Shown here one piece after another: positions 55,760 to 64,000 of a stretch of DNA of 64,000 bases; the first letter of the stretch is position 1; every line of letters starts with the position of its first letter. The DNA comes from an uncultured Dehalococcoidia bacterium (GTDB lineage: Bacteria > Chloroflexota > Dehalococcoidia > Lucifugimonadales > UBA2985). The notes beneath the pieces are model-generated. The model saw only the letters and a list, made by a program, of their open reading frames with translations. It was not told where the DNA came from and searched no databases. Location: the NCBI GenBank assembly GCA_964573055.1, contig CAZNIG010000030.1, forward strand, positions 20,699 to 84,698. Direction: 5' to 3'. The position numbers and the translations under genes are program-made.

Positions 55760-58700
55760 TCTGCACCTTTTCTTCATGGGTCTCGCTAGCCCGTCGCTCT
55801 TCCAGAACTCGTTTGTAATCGTGTGGCATTACTCTTGTGAATTTTTGCGACATTTCGCTCCAATTTTCCAGAACTGAAGCTGCTTTAAGACTTTGAGTAT
55901 AATGCATATGTTCTTCTATGAGGCCTCGTAGTGTTTCAAGGTCATTCTCATCAGTTACACTTTCAAGTCCAACCATATCTTGGTTGCAGCGATTTTGGAA
56001 CGTAGAGTCTTCATCTAGTACGTATGATATCCCTCCGCTCATTCCAGCGGCAAAATTTCGTCCAGTAGGCCCAAGAACCACTACGATACCACCGGTCATG
56101 TATTCACAACCGTGACCACCAATACCTTCTACTACGGTATGGGCCCCGCTGTTACGCACAGCAAAACGTTCGCCAGCCATACCTCTTATGAATACCTTTC
56201 CACCGGTAGCTCCGTACAAAACCACGTTTCCCACTATAACGTTATCTTCCGGGAGGAAGGTAGAATTCCTTGGTGGGTAAACAACCACTCGTCCACCAGC
56301 AATGCCTTTGGCGAAATAATCGTTGGCATCGCCCTCCAGGGTCATAGATATTCCGGGGGCCAAAAACGCGCTGAAGCTTTGACCAGCTGATCCTATGAAT
56401 GTGCAATTTATTGTATCGCCTGGTAAGCCATCCTCTCCGTATCTCTTCGCTACTTCACCGCTAAGCATCGTACCGACCACCCTGTTAGAGTTGTCAATCG
56501 GTAGTTGTATATACACTTCGCTTCCATTCGTTAAGGCTTTTTGGGAGAGAGATATTAATTCGTGATCTAAAGCCTTGTCGAGTCCGTGGTCCTGTGTTTC
56601 GCAGCAGTATGTTGCTACTTCCTGATTGATTTCAGGCAGAGTTAGCATTCTCTTGAGATCCATCCCTTTGGCTTTCCAGTGGTCTATCACCTGTTCGGAT
56701 TCAAGCATGTCCATGCGGCCGACCATTTCGTTTACCGACCTAAATCCGAGCTTTGCCATTATTTCTCGAAGATGTTCGGCTACGAAGAAGAAATAGTTTA
56801 TAACTGCCTCTGGTTGACCCGCGAACCTCTTACGTAACTCAGGGTCTTGGGTGGCAATTCCTACGGAACAGGTGTTTAGGTGGCACTTGCGGAGCATTAT
56901 GCATCCAAGTGTGATTAGAGGGGCAGTTGAGAACCCGAATTCTTCAGCGCCTAGCAAGCAGGCTATGGCTACATCTCTTCCGGTTTTTAGTTGTCCGTCT
57001 GTTTGTACTACTATTCGGCCCCTTAGGTTGTTCATTAGCAGTACTTGATGAGTTTCTGCGAGCCCAAGTTCCCAGGGTAGACCGGCATGTTTAATGGAAG
57101 ATTCCGGTGATGCCCCGGTTCCGCCACTATCACCACTGATTAAAACTACGTCCCCGTGTCCTTTTGCTACACCAGCTGCTATTATTCCTACTCCTACCTC
57201 AGACACAAGCTTGACGTGTATTCTGGCTAGGGGGTTCACATTCTTAAGGTCATGTATAAGTTCTGCTAGGTCCTCTATAGAATAGATGTCGTGGTGCGGT
57301 GGTGGGGAGATTAATTCTACGCCTGGTGTAGTATGTCTAATCCATCCTATATAATCGTCCACTTTCCGTCCTGGTAGCTGCCCACCTTCCCCTGGTTTAG
57401 ACCCTTGCGCCATCTTTATTTGTAGGTCGGTTGCGTTAACCAAATAGTTTGTGGTAACTCCGAATCTTCCCGAGGCCACTTGTTTGACGGCACTGTTTCT
57501 AGAATCGCCGTTTGCGTCTCGCTCGAATCGCCTATAGTCCTCGCCACCCTCGCCGGTATTACTCTTAGCTCCAATGCGATTAGTTGCAATAGCTAGGGTT
57601 TCATGTGCTTCGCGGCTTATGGCACCAAGCGAGATAGCTCCTGTTGCAAATCTCTTTACGATGTCTGTCGAGGATTCTACCTCGTCTATTGGTACCGGCG
57701 TTTTTGACACTTTAAAATCTATGAGCCCTCTTAGTGTAGAGAGCTGCCGGTCTCTTTGATCGATCAAGTCAGCGAACTGTTTGTAAGTAGAATAATTATT
57801 ACTAGTAGAAGCTTGTTGGAGCAGGCTGATAGTGTCTGGATTGTACATGTGGTACTCACCAGTTCTACGCCACTGATATAGGCCGCCTTCCTCAAGGCCT
57901 AATGCCGCTGGAATTTGGTCTGTAGCGTAGCTGGCATCGTGCCGTCTGTGTACTTCTTCTTCTATTACATCTAATCCTATTCCTTCAACTCTGGATGGCG
58001 TCCAGGTGAAATATTTATCAACTAAATTCTGATTTAGTCCTACTGCCTCGAAGATTTGGGCACCTCTATAGCTTTGCACTGTGGAGATACCCATTTTAGA
58101 CATAACCTTTAACAACCCCTTATCAAGAGCCTTTATGAAGTTTTTCTCTCCAGAATCTCTATCAACGCCTTCTGCAAGAATTCCACGCGCTGCCAAGTCG
58201 CGTATCGTCTCAATGGCCAAATAAGGATTTACTGCTCCGGCTCCATAACCGATCAGGAGCGCCATATGCATGACTTCCCTAGGCTCTGCAGATTCTACTA
58301 TGATCCCAACTTTTGTTCTGGTTCCCTCTCGAATTAAGTGATGGTGTACAGCTGAGGTGGCTAGCAGGCTGGGTATAGGCGCATGGTCTGCATTTACACC
58401 GCGGTCTGATAGAATCAGGATATCCGAACCATTATTAACAGCTGAGGAAGCTTGACGACACAGCTCATCTAATCCTTCTCTTAATGATCCAGAACCCGCA
58501 GTTTTATTGAAAAGCATTTTGCACGTAGTTGATTTGATCTCATCAGACGGGGCGTTACGAATCTTGGATAATTCAATATTCGTGAGAATAGGCTGTCGTA
58601 GCCTAATTTGTTTGCAATGTTCCGGTGTTTCTTCGAAAATATTCTGCTCAGATCCGACGAAGGCCTCAAGAGAAGTAACTAGTTGCTCCCGTATTGCATC

Positions 58701-60302
58701 CAGGGGCGGATTAGACACTTGTGCAAAGAGTTGCTTAAAGTAATTAAATAGAGATTGCGGTTGATCTGAGAGTACGGCAAGAGGGGTGTCATTGCCCATT
58801 GATCCAGTAGCTTCTTGGCCTGTAGATGCCATTGGCTCTAGGAGCAAGTATATGTCTTCCATGGTGTAGCCGTATGTTCTCTGATCTCTGGGTAGATCTT
58901 CGCTTTCAGGTTCTTGCCAGTTACTGGGTTCTGAGAGCTGCTCCAGGGTAATGCGATTTTGGTCTAGCCACTTTTGGTATGGTTTGCGCCCAGCCAATTG
59001 TGCCTTGATCTCCGAATCTTCAATTATCCGAGCCTCTTTAGTATCAAGAAGGAACATCCTGCCCGGCTGAATCCTAGCTTTGTATTTCACTTTATCTGGG
59101 GGTATATCTAGAACTCCTACCTCGGATGCCATTACCAGCAAGTCATCTTCTGTAACCAGATACCTACATGGTCGTAGTCCGTTTCGGTCTAGGACCACGC
59201 CAATACTTGTCCCGTCTGTGGCTGCGATAAGTGCTGGACCGTCCCACGGCTCCATCATGGAGGAGTGATATTCGTATAGGGCGCGGCGGTCCGGGTCCAT
59301 ATGTATAGACTCACCCGTTGCCTCGGGTATCATCATCATTAGGGCGTGTGGGAGAGATCTACCAGTGGCTAGCAAAAGCTCTAATGCATTATCGAATGAT
59401 GCCGTATCGCTTGCACCTGGAGTGATAATCGGGAATAGCTTGTCTATGTTTTCACCGAACATTGGGGATTTGAACATAGATTGACGGGCTGTCATCCAGT
59501 TGATGTTTCCTCTTAGGGTGTTGATTTCGCCGTTGTGGGATATCAACCGATATGGATGGGCTAGCCTCCATGATCCGAGCGTGTTGGTACTAAACCTTGC
59601 GTGTACCATGGAGAACGCGCTGACTACGGTTTCCTCTGATAGGTCCTTGTAAAAGCTCTTCAGCTGGGTTCCCATAAGGAGGCCTTTATAAACGATTTTG
59701 TTACAGGACAGGCTTGGTATGTAGAAATCGTCCTGAATGTCTGGGTCCTCTAGGGATATTTGGCGCTCTATGACCTTACGTATAAGGTATAGCTTTCTCT
59801 CGAAATCTGTCTCATCTTGAATTTCTTGGTCTCGCATTACGAACATTTGTCTTATGTATGGCTGAGACTCCTTGCCTATGTAGCCCAGTTCAGAGTTGTC
59901 TACTGGAACATCTCTCCATCCCAAGAATCTTTGTCCTTCAGTAGCCGTAGCTTTCTCGACAATAGCCTCGCAGCGCTGTCTCAGGTGCCTGTCTCTTGGT
60001 AGAAATACCATTCCTACTCCGTATTCACCAGGGCTTGGTAGATCTATATTTAATGATGCACATTGATCCGCTAGAAAGGCGTGAGGGATTTGAATCAACA
60101 TGCCGGCTCCATCTCCTGTGTCTGGATCACATCCACAGGCGCCGCGATGAGCGAGATTAACGAGTATTTCCAGACCTTTTTCGAGGATGTCGTGAGATTG
60201 GGAACCGGTAATATTGGCTACCAAGCCTACTCCGCATCCATCGTGTTCGAAACTTGGTTCGTATAGGCCTTTTGTGAATTGGGGTATAGGTAGCTTCTGC
60301 AT
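55752..60302 (-). CDS. gltB: Glutamate synthase large subunit
   Basis: 1516 aa with the Ntn amidotransferase start 'HDGCGVG' and FMN, 3Fe-4S and GXGXG C-terminal domains of normal length. Confidence 0.95.
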   Translation of the reverse strand: MQKLPIPQFTKGLYEPSFEHDGCGVGLVANITGSQSHDILEKGLEILVNLAHRGACGCDPDTGDGAGMLIQIPHAFLADQCASLNIDLPSPGEYGVGMVFLPRDRHLRQRCEAIVEKATATEGQRFLGWRDVPVDNSELGYIGKESQPYIRQMFVMRDQEIQDETDFERKLYLIRKVIERQISLEDPDIQDDFYIPSLSCNKIVYKGLLMGTQLKSFYKDLSEETVVSAFSMVHARFSTNTLGSWRLAHPYRLISHNGEINTLRGNINWMTARQSMFKSPMFGENIDKLFPIITPGASDTASFDNALELLLATGRSLPHALMMMIPEATGESIHMDPDRRALYEYHSSMMEPWDGPALIAATDGTSIGVVLDRNGLRPCRYLVTEDDLLVMASEVGVLDIPPDKVKYKARIQPGRMFLLDTKEARIIEDSEIKAQLAGRKPYQKWLDQNRITLEQLSEPSNWQEPESEDLPRDQRTYGYTMEDIYLLLEPMASTGQEATGSMGNDTPLAVLSDQPQSLFNYFKQLFAQVSNPPLDAIREQLVTSLEAFVGSEQNIFEETPEHCKQIRLRQPILTNIELSKIRNAPSDEIKSTTCKMLFNKTAGSGSLREGLDELCRQASSAVNNGSDILILSDRGVNADHAPIPSLLATSAVHHHLIREGTRTKVGIIVESAEPREVMHMALLIGYGAGAVNPYLAIETIRDLAARGILAEGVDRDSGEKNFIKALDKGLLKVMSKMGISTVQSYRGAQIFEAVGLNQNLVDKYFTWTPSRVEGIGLDVIEEEVHRRHDASYATDQIPAALGLEEGGLYQWRRTGEYHMYNPDTISLLQQASTSNNYSTYKQFADLIDQRDRQLSTLRGLIDFKVSKTPVPIDEVESSTDIVKRFATGAISLGAISREAHETLAIATNRIGAKSNTGEGGEDYRRFERDANGDSRNSAVKQVASGRFGVTTNYLVNATDLQIKMAQGSKPGEGGQLPGRKVDDYIGWIRHTTPGVELISPPPHHDIYSIEDLAELIHDLKNVNPLARIHVKLVSEVGVGIIAAGVAKGHGDVVLISGDSGGTGASPESSIKHAGLPWELGLAETHQVLLMNNLRGRIVVQTDGQLKTGRDVAIACLLGAEEFGFSTAPLITLGCIMLRKCHLNTCSVGIATQDPELRKRFAGQPEAVINYFFFVAEHLREIMAKLGFRSVNEMVGRMDMLESEQVIDHWKAKGMDLKRMLTLPEINQEVATYCCETQDHGLDKALDHELISLSQKALTNGSEVYIQLPIDNSNRVVGTMLSGEVAKRYGEDGLPGDTINCTFIGSAGQSFSAFLAPGISMTLEGDANDYFAKGIAGGRVVVYPPRNSTFLPEDNVIVGNVVLYGATGGKVFIRGMAGERFAVRNSGAHTVVEGIGGHGCEYMTGGIVVVLGPTGRNFAAGMSGGISYVLDEDSTFQNRCNQDMVGLESVTDENDLETLRGLIEEHMHYTQSLKAASVLENWSEMSQKFTRVMPHDYKRVLEERRASETHEEKVQNG

Positions 60303-60319
60303 CGAGCAAACTCCTTCAG

Positions 60320-61657
60320 CTACAGTATGGGAAGATATTTTTTAAGTTCGAAATCGCTGACGTGAGCCTTGTACTGATCCCACTCAATCTTTTTATTCTG
60401 TAGGAAGCTATTGAATACGTGATCTCCAAGGCAATTTCTGACTAGGCTACTTTGTTCCGCAAGAGAGATTGCCTCCCAAAGACTCCCTGGGAGTATTCCT
60501 ATTCCCCTCTGTGTACGCTCCGCGTCTGCCATTTGGTAAACGTTATCTTCAACAGGGTCTGGCGGAGCAAGTGAGTTTTCGATACCGTCTAGTCCAGCTG
60601 CCAGCAGTACTGAGAAAGCCAGGTATGGGTTACAAGCCGGGTCAGGAGCCCTATATTCTATCCTGACGGATTCTTCTCTCCCTTGCTTATAAGCTGGAAC
60701 TCGTATGAGGTCTGATCGGTTTACGCTGGCCCATGAGATATATACTGGAGCCTCATATCCCTGTATTAGCCTTTTATATGAGTTTACCCATTGATTGGTT
60801 ACGGCTGTGATAGCTGGCGCGTGGTGTACCAATCCTGCTATGAATGATTTGGCTATCGGAGATAAATGATATGGATCATTGGGGTCGAAGAAGACATTCT
60901 TGTCGCCTTGGAATAAAGACTGGTGAACATGCATTCCGTTTCCGTTAACACCGTGTATTGGTTTGGGCATAAACGTAGCGTATAAACCGTTACGCATTGC
61001 TACCTCTTTTATAACCAGCCTATGGGTCATTACATTGTCTGCCATGGTTAATGCATCGCAATATCGAAGGTCTATTTCGTGTTGACTTGTGGCTACTTCG
61101 TGATGGCTGAGCTCTACAGCTATCCCCATCTCTTCTAGAGTCAGCACCGTCTCTCGTCTCAGTTCCGTCGCGAGATCCAGAGGTGTCTGGTCAAAATATC
61201 CGCCTTGGTCTAATACGTCAGTTCCTTCGGAACTCTTAAAATAGAAGAATTCCAACTCTGGCCCTACGTAGTATGTGTAGCCCAGCTTCGAGGCGCGTTC
61301 CAAATTACGTTTCAACACGTATCTAGGATCCCCTTCGAAAGGCTTCCATTCAGGGGTAAGTATATCGCATATCATACGCGCTACCGCGTTTTGCCTAGGG
61401 CGCCAAGGTAAGATTCTGAAAGTGGTGGGGTCAGGCATGGCAACCATATCACTTTCGTCTATCCGAGCGAATCCTTCGATAGACGAGCCATCAAATCCTA
61501 CACCTTGATCCAGAGCTTCCTCGAGTTCTTGCGCAGTTATCGCGACTCCTTTAAGGGCTCCAAGAATGTCAGTGAACCAGAGGCGAATGAACTTAACATC
61601 GTTGTCTCTGACCGTCTTGAGTACGTATTCTTTTGCTGCGTCTCTGTTCTGTACCAT
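60320..61657 (-). CDS. glnA: Glutamine synthetase type I (short, alpha-like form)
   Basis: 445 aa with 'VKFIRLWFTDILG', 'GPELEFF', 'KPIHGVNGNGMHVHQS' and 'RVPA...RIEYRAPD'. It ends 17 nt upstream of the gltB start. Confidence 0.92.
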   Translation of the reverse strand: MVQNRDAAKEYVLKTVRDNDVKFIRLWFTDILGALKGVAITAQELEEALDQGVGFDGSSIEGFARIDESDMVAMPDPTTFRILPWRPRQNAVARMICDILTPEWKPFEGDPRYVLKRNLERASKLGYTYYVGPELEFFYFKSSEGTDVLDQGGYFDQTPLDLATELRRETVLTLEEMGIAVELSHHEVATSQHEIDLRYCDALTMADNVMTHRLVIKEVAMRNGLYATFMPKPIHGVNGNGMHVHQSLFQGDKNVFFDPNDPYHLSPIAKSFIAGLVHHAPAITAVTNQWVNSYKRLIQGYEAPVYISWASVNRSDLIRVPAYKQGREESVRIEYRAPDPACNPYLAFSVLLAAGLDGIENSLAPPDPVEDNVYQMADAERTQRGIGILPGSLWEAISLAEQSSLVRNCLGDHVFNSFLQNKKIEWDQYKAHVSDFELKKYLPIL

Positions 61658-61740
61658 ATAAAACTCTGATCTTATCCATCATTAGGGAGCAGTAACTTAG
61701 TGGGCGAGGAACTAGGGCTAGCTTATCACCGTATCGGAGC

Positions 61741-61770
61741 ATTGTACCTGTTAGCTATATGTATTGTAAA
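61741..61770 (-). promoter_or_regulatory. Candidate glnA promoter (TTTACA-N18-TACAAT on minus strand)
   Basis: The minus-strand -35 TTTACA is plus 61765-61770 and the -10 TACAAT is plus 61741-61746. This leaves a leader of about 75 nt. Confidence 0.4.
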
Positions 61771-61932
61771 GTTACTGGCATCTATCCAATATTTCAGAAC
61801 TCAGTAATTATGACCTCTACCCTCTACTTGGATAAGAGGTTTTCAATGCACGACAGTTTAAATATCTAACTTGTTAGGTGTTGGTGTGGAAAGGCATAAT
61901 ATGTTTGACTTCCACTTTACCTTCATATAGCC

Positions 61933-61968
61933 ACGCCCCCAGAACACGGTTAGGCAATCTGGGGGCGT
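61933..61968 (-). terminator. 10-bp GC-rich hairpin downstream of glnII
   Basis: ACGCCCCCAG-N16-CTGGGGGCGT lies 49-84 nt after the glnII stop. There is no U-tract on either strand. Confidence 0.35.
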
Positions 61969-62016
61969 AAGTGGTCTCTGCTGGGCTTATCTTGAGAGGA
62001 TATAGTTGACTCGAGC

Positions 62017-63018
62017 TTATTTGCTAGCAGCACCACAAACGGTCTCGACTATAAGCCGAGTAGCCACGTATGGGTCGACGTTAGCATTTGGCCTGCGATC
62101 TTCAATATATCCTTTTTGATCTCTTGCGACTTGCCATGGTATTCTGATCGAGGCCCCCCTGTCTGAAACGCCATACGAGAAATCCTTGTAACTGGCTGTT
62201 TCATGTTTTCCAGTAAGTCTGTCCTCTATACCTGCTCCATAATTGGCGATGTGTAGTGCAGCGGTTTTTCCTAAAGCCTCTGCTGCTGCCACGCAAGCTG
62301 CGTAGTTTTCCCTCATTTGATTTGTTGAAAAATTGGTATGAGCCCCAGCTCCGTTCCAGTCTCCTGGTACTGGCTTGGCCGCAAGAGAGATTGTCACATC
62401 GTATTCTTCTGCTATTCTGGATAGAAGCCAACGGGCTATCCAAAGTTCATCTCCAACCTGAGGGGTTGTGATAGGGCCGATCTGAAATTCCCACTGTCCC
62501 GGCATGACCTCTGCGTTAATGCCGGCTATATGCAATCCAGCCGCGATGCAGGCATCCATGTGCTCTTCAACTATATCTCGACCGAATATAACATCAGCTC
62601 CTACTCCGCAATAGTAGTCGCCTTGTGGGGCTGGAAATCCGTTGGATGGCCAGCCTAGCGGTATATTACCCTGAAAGAACGTATACTCTTGTTCTATGCC
62701 AAACCATGTGTCGAACTGGCTGTATTTATCTGACGCAGCCTCGCATGCTGCCCTAGTATTAGATGGATGAGGGTTCATGTCTGTGAGTAGAGTTTCGGTC
62801 ATAACAAGTACGTTGGACCCACCTCGGATTGGGTCTGGTACAGTTAGAACTGGCTTCAGTACCACATCGGAGTTATCGCCAGTCGCTTGTTGTGTGCTTG
62901 AGCCGTCATATCCCCATATAGGTGGGGATTCCCCGTCTGCGATAACTTTCGTCTTTGATCTTAGCCTAGCCGATGGAGTTGTGCCGTCTAACCATATATA
63001 TTCTGCCTTATAAACCAT
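62017..63018 (-). CDS. glnII: Glutamine synthetase type II (eukaryote-like GSII)
   Basis: 333 aa, collinear with Streptomyces-type GlnII as I recall it: 'KAEYIWLDGT', 'FGIEQEYTFF', 'GINAEVMPGQWEFQIGP', 'NGAGAHTNFST' and 'YIEDRRPNANVDPY'. Confidence 0.9.
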   Translation of the reverse strand: MVYKAEYIWLDGTTPSARLRSKTKVIADGESPPIWGYDGSSTQQATGDNSDVVLKPVLTVPDPIRGGSNVLVMTETLLTDMNPHPSNTRAACEAASDKYSQFDTWFGIEQEYTFFQGNIPLGWPSNGFPAPQGDYYCGVGADVIFGRDIVEEHMDACIAAGLHIAGINAEVMPGQWEFQIGPITTPQVGDELWIARWLLSRIAEEYDVTISLAAKPVPGDWNGAGAHTNFSTNQMRENYAACVAAAEALGKTAALHIANYGAGIEDRLTGKHETASYKDFSYGVSDRGASIRIPWQVARDQKGYIEDRRPNANVDPYVATRLIVETVCGAASK

Positions 63019-63240
63019 TGTTCACCTCCGCTAAATTATCGTTTTCAAAACAGTGCACCAATATATCTATACCCGTAGTATTACGAGATGCTATTAGGAC
63101 AAACACTCGGTTTCGAGTGTTTTCCTGCTTGGATGACCAGAATGATTGTTGATCATATACCTTTAGATCACTTATGTTAAGTAGGGGACGGCCTTGATTC
63201 CCTGAGTTAATTTTGAATTTCAGCCATTCCCAACCTTTAC

Positions 63241-63270
63241 AGTATACTAGTGGAAGCGCTAATTTGGTAA
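63241..63270 (-). promoter_or_regulatory. Candidate glnII promoter (TTACCA-N18-TATACT on minus strand)
   Basis: The minus-strand -35 TTACCA is plus 63265-63270 and the -10 TATACT is plus 63241-63246. This implies a leader of about 215 nt. Confidence 0.35.
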
Positions 63271-63366
63271 CCTGCTTGTTACGGTTTCGTAAAATCTTGT
63301 TTAACTGGAGGTATCTAGGTCTTGTTCAGAGGCCTTGGCCCGACTTTAATCGGCTGTCTTCCAGTG

Positions 63367-64000
63367 CTAATGTATTCTGAATCTATATCCAACGTTGCGG
63401 ACCGTTTCAATAAATAAGTGTCCAGCGTCCTCCAGCTTACTTCGTAGTCTCCTTATATGTACATCAACAGTTCTAGTACCACCAAAATAATCGTACCCCC
63501 AAATTCTCCGGAGTAATTGTTCCCTGGTATAAACTCTTCCCTCATTTGTTGCAAGGAGGCAGAGGAGTTGGTATTCCTTAAACGTCAGAATTACCCTCCT
63601 GCCATCAACAGTTATGTCGTAGCGTTCTTGATCAATAGTGAGGTCACCAACCCGAATAATTTGGTTGGTGTCCCAGCTTCCATTTTTCCACAGGGCGCGA
63701 TTAATGCGTGCTTTCAGCTCGGTGTCACTTGTGGGATGGAATATAAAGTCATCCACAGCTAGGAATGGGTCTGTCGCGGGTTCATGGTTTGACGAGATAA
63801 TCGATATCACCGGAATCTGTGAATCCTTACAATGTTGAAGTAAGTCACGCTGCTCATCTATAGGGACCAAGGCCAAGTTTACTAGGATCAATCCAGGTCC
63901 AATGTCTAGAGCTAGAGACTTTAATTCGGGTAGGTTCTGGGTCACAGACACAGTGAAACCACTCGCCTCCAGACATTTGAAGTAGGGTATCTCATCTGAT
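63367..64000 (-). CDS. glnR: OmpR-family (GlnR-like) response regulator, atypical receiver; 5' end outside window
   Basis: The frame is open from 63367 to the window edge, and GTG 63951 is only the first in-window start codon. The C-terminal winged helix reads 'LTFKEYQLLCLLA...WGYDYFGGTRTVDVHIRRLRSKL...VRNVGYRF'. The receiver region has Asn where the acceptor Asp is expected. Confidence 0.7.
   Translation of the reverse strand, partial: SDEIPYFKCLEASGFTVSVTQNLPELKSLALDIGPGLILVNLALVPIDEQRDLLQHCKDSQIPVISIISSNHEPATDPFLAVDDFIFHPTSDTELKARINRALWKNGSWDTNQIIRVGDLTIDQERYDITVDGRRVILTFKEYQLLCLLATNEGRVYTREQLLRRIWGYDYFGGTRTVDVHIRRLRSKLEDAGHLFIETVRNVGYRFRIH

Noticed and set aside
61658-61740. A possible glutamine riboswitch (glnA RNA motif) in the glnA and glnII leaders.
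   Set aside because: I could not find the conserved ACGGAAG / AAGGAACG-type core as I remember it. Only a cmscan could settle this.
1-64000. A search for CRISPR arrays, IS elements, integrases, phage genes, toxin-antitoxin pairs, restriction-modification or other defence genes, and rRNA or tRNA genes.
   Set aside because: I recognised none by reading the ORF translations and intergenic regions. There are no regularly spaced repeats beyond those listed above.

Overview
This is a gene-dense 64-kb window with about 58 CDS on both strands, many with 1-8 nt start/stop overlaps and frequent GTG/TTG starts. It looks like core chromosome of a Terrabacteria-type bacterium. My guess is Chloroflexota-like, from gene content and a mid-40s %GC estimated by eye, but that guess is low confidence.

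Gene content in order:
- nuoJKLMN (respiratory complex I, distal part), then ispD-ispF-cysS and an FAD-linked oxidase.
- secG-gatB on the minus strand.
- yceD-rpmF-fabD-nusB-acpP.
- Family-4 UDG, RNase J, ftsK and a fused accD/accA.
- mrp and a DUF59 gene on the minus strand.
- ccmABC plus a CcmD-like gene, then uvrA.
- A long operon: pdxS-pdxT, a tandem GNAT-like gene, an R3H/AAA ATPase, tmk, an amidohydrolase and thpR.
- Two divergent acyl-CoA dehydrogenase genes.
- A small ORF plus an alpha/beta hydrolase, then an ABC-2 exporter pair and xdhC-mocA.
- A family III CoA-transferase and lpd on the minus strand.
- dnaJ-prmA-rsmE, a metF-like gene, and greA-lysS-serS.
- A minus-strand nitrogen-assimilation block: a GlnR-like regulator (truncated by the window edge), glnII, and glnA-gltB-gltD.

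I found no rRNA, tRNA, CRISPR array, transposase, integrase, phage gene or recognisable defence island, and I cannot honestly claim a new multi-gene system.

The best leads are regulatory and architectural:
- An OmpR-family regulator with a non-phosphorylatable receiver sits next to glnII.
- An 11-bp-phased pentamer array overlaps the glnII -35, and glnII has a long structured leader.
- Lower-interest oddities include the fused AccDA, an extended CcmD-like protein, an ACAD pair lacking the usual catalytic-Glu segment, an orphan XdhC/MocA pair, and unusually long spacers inside otherwise tight operons.

All protein calls rest on motif recognition by eye. No database search or computation was run.
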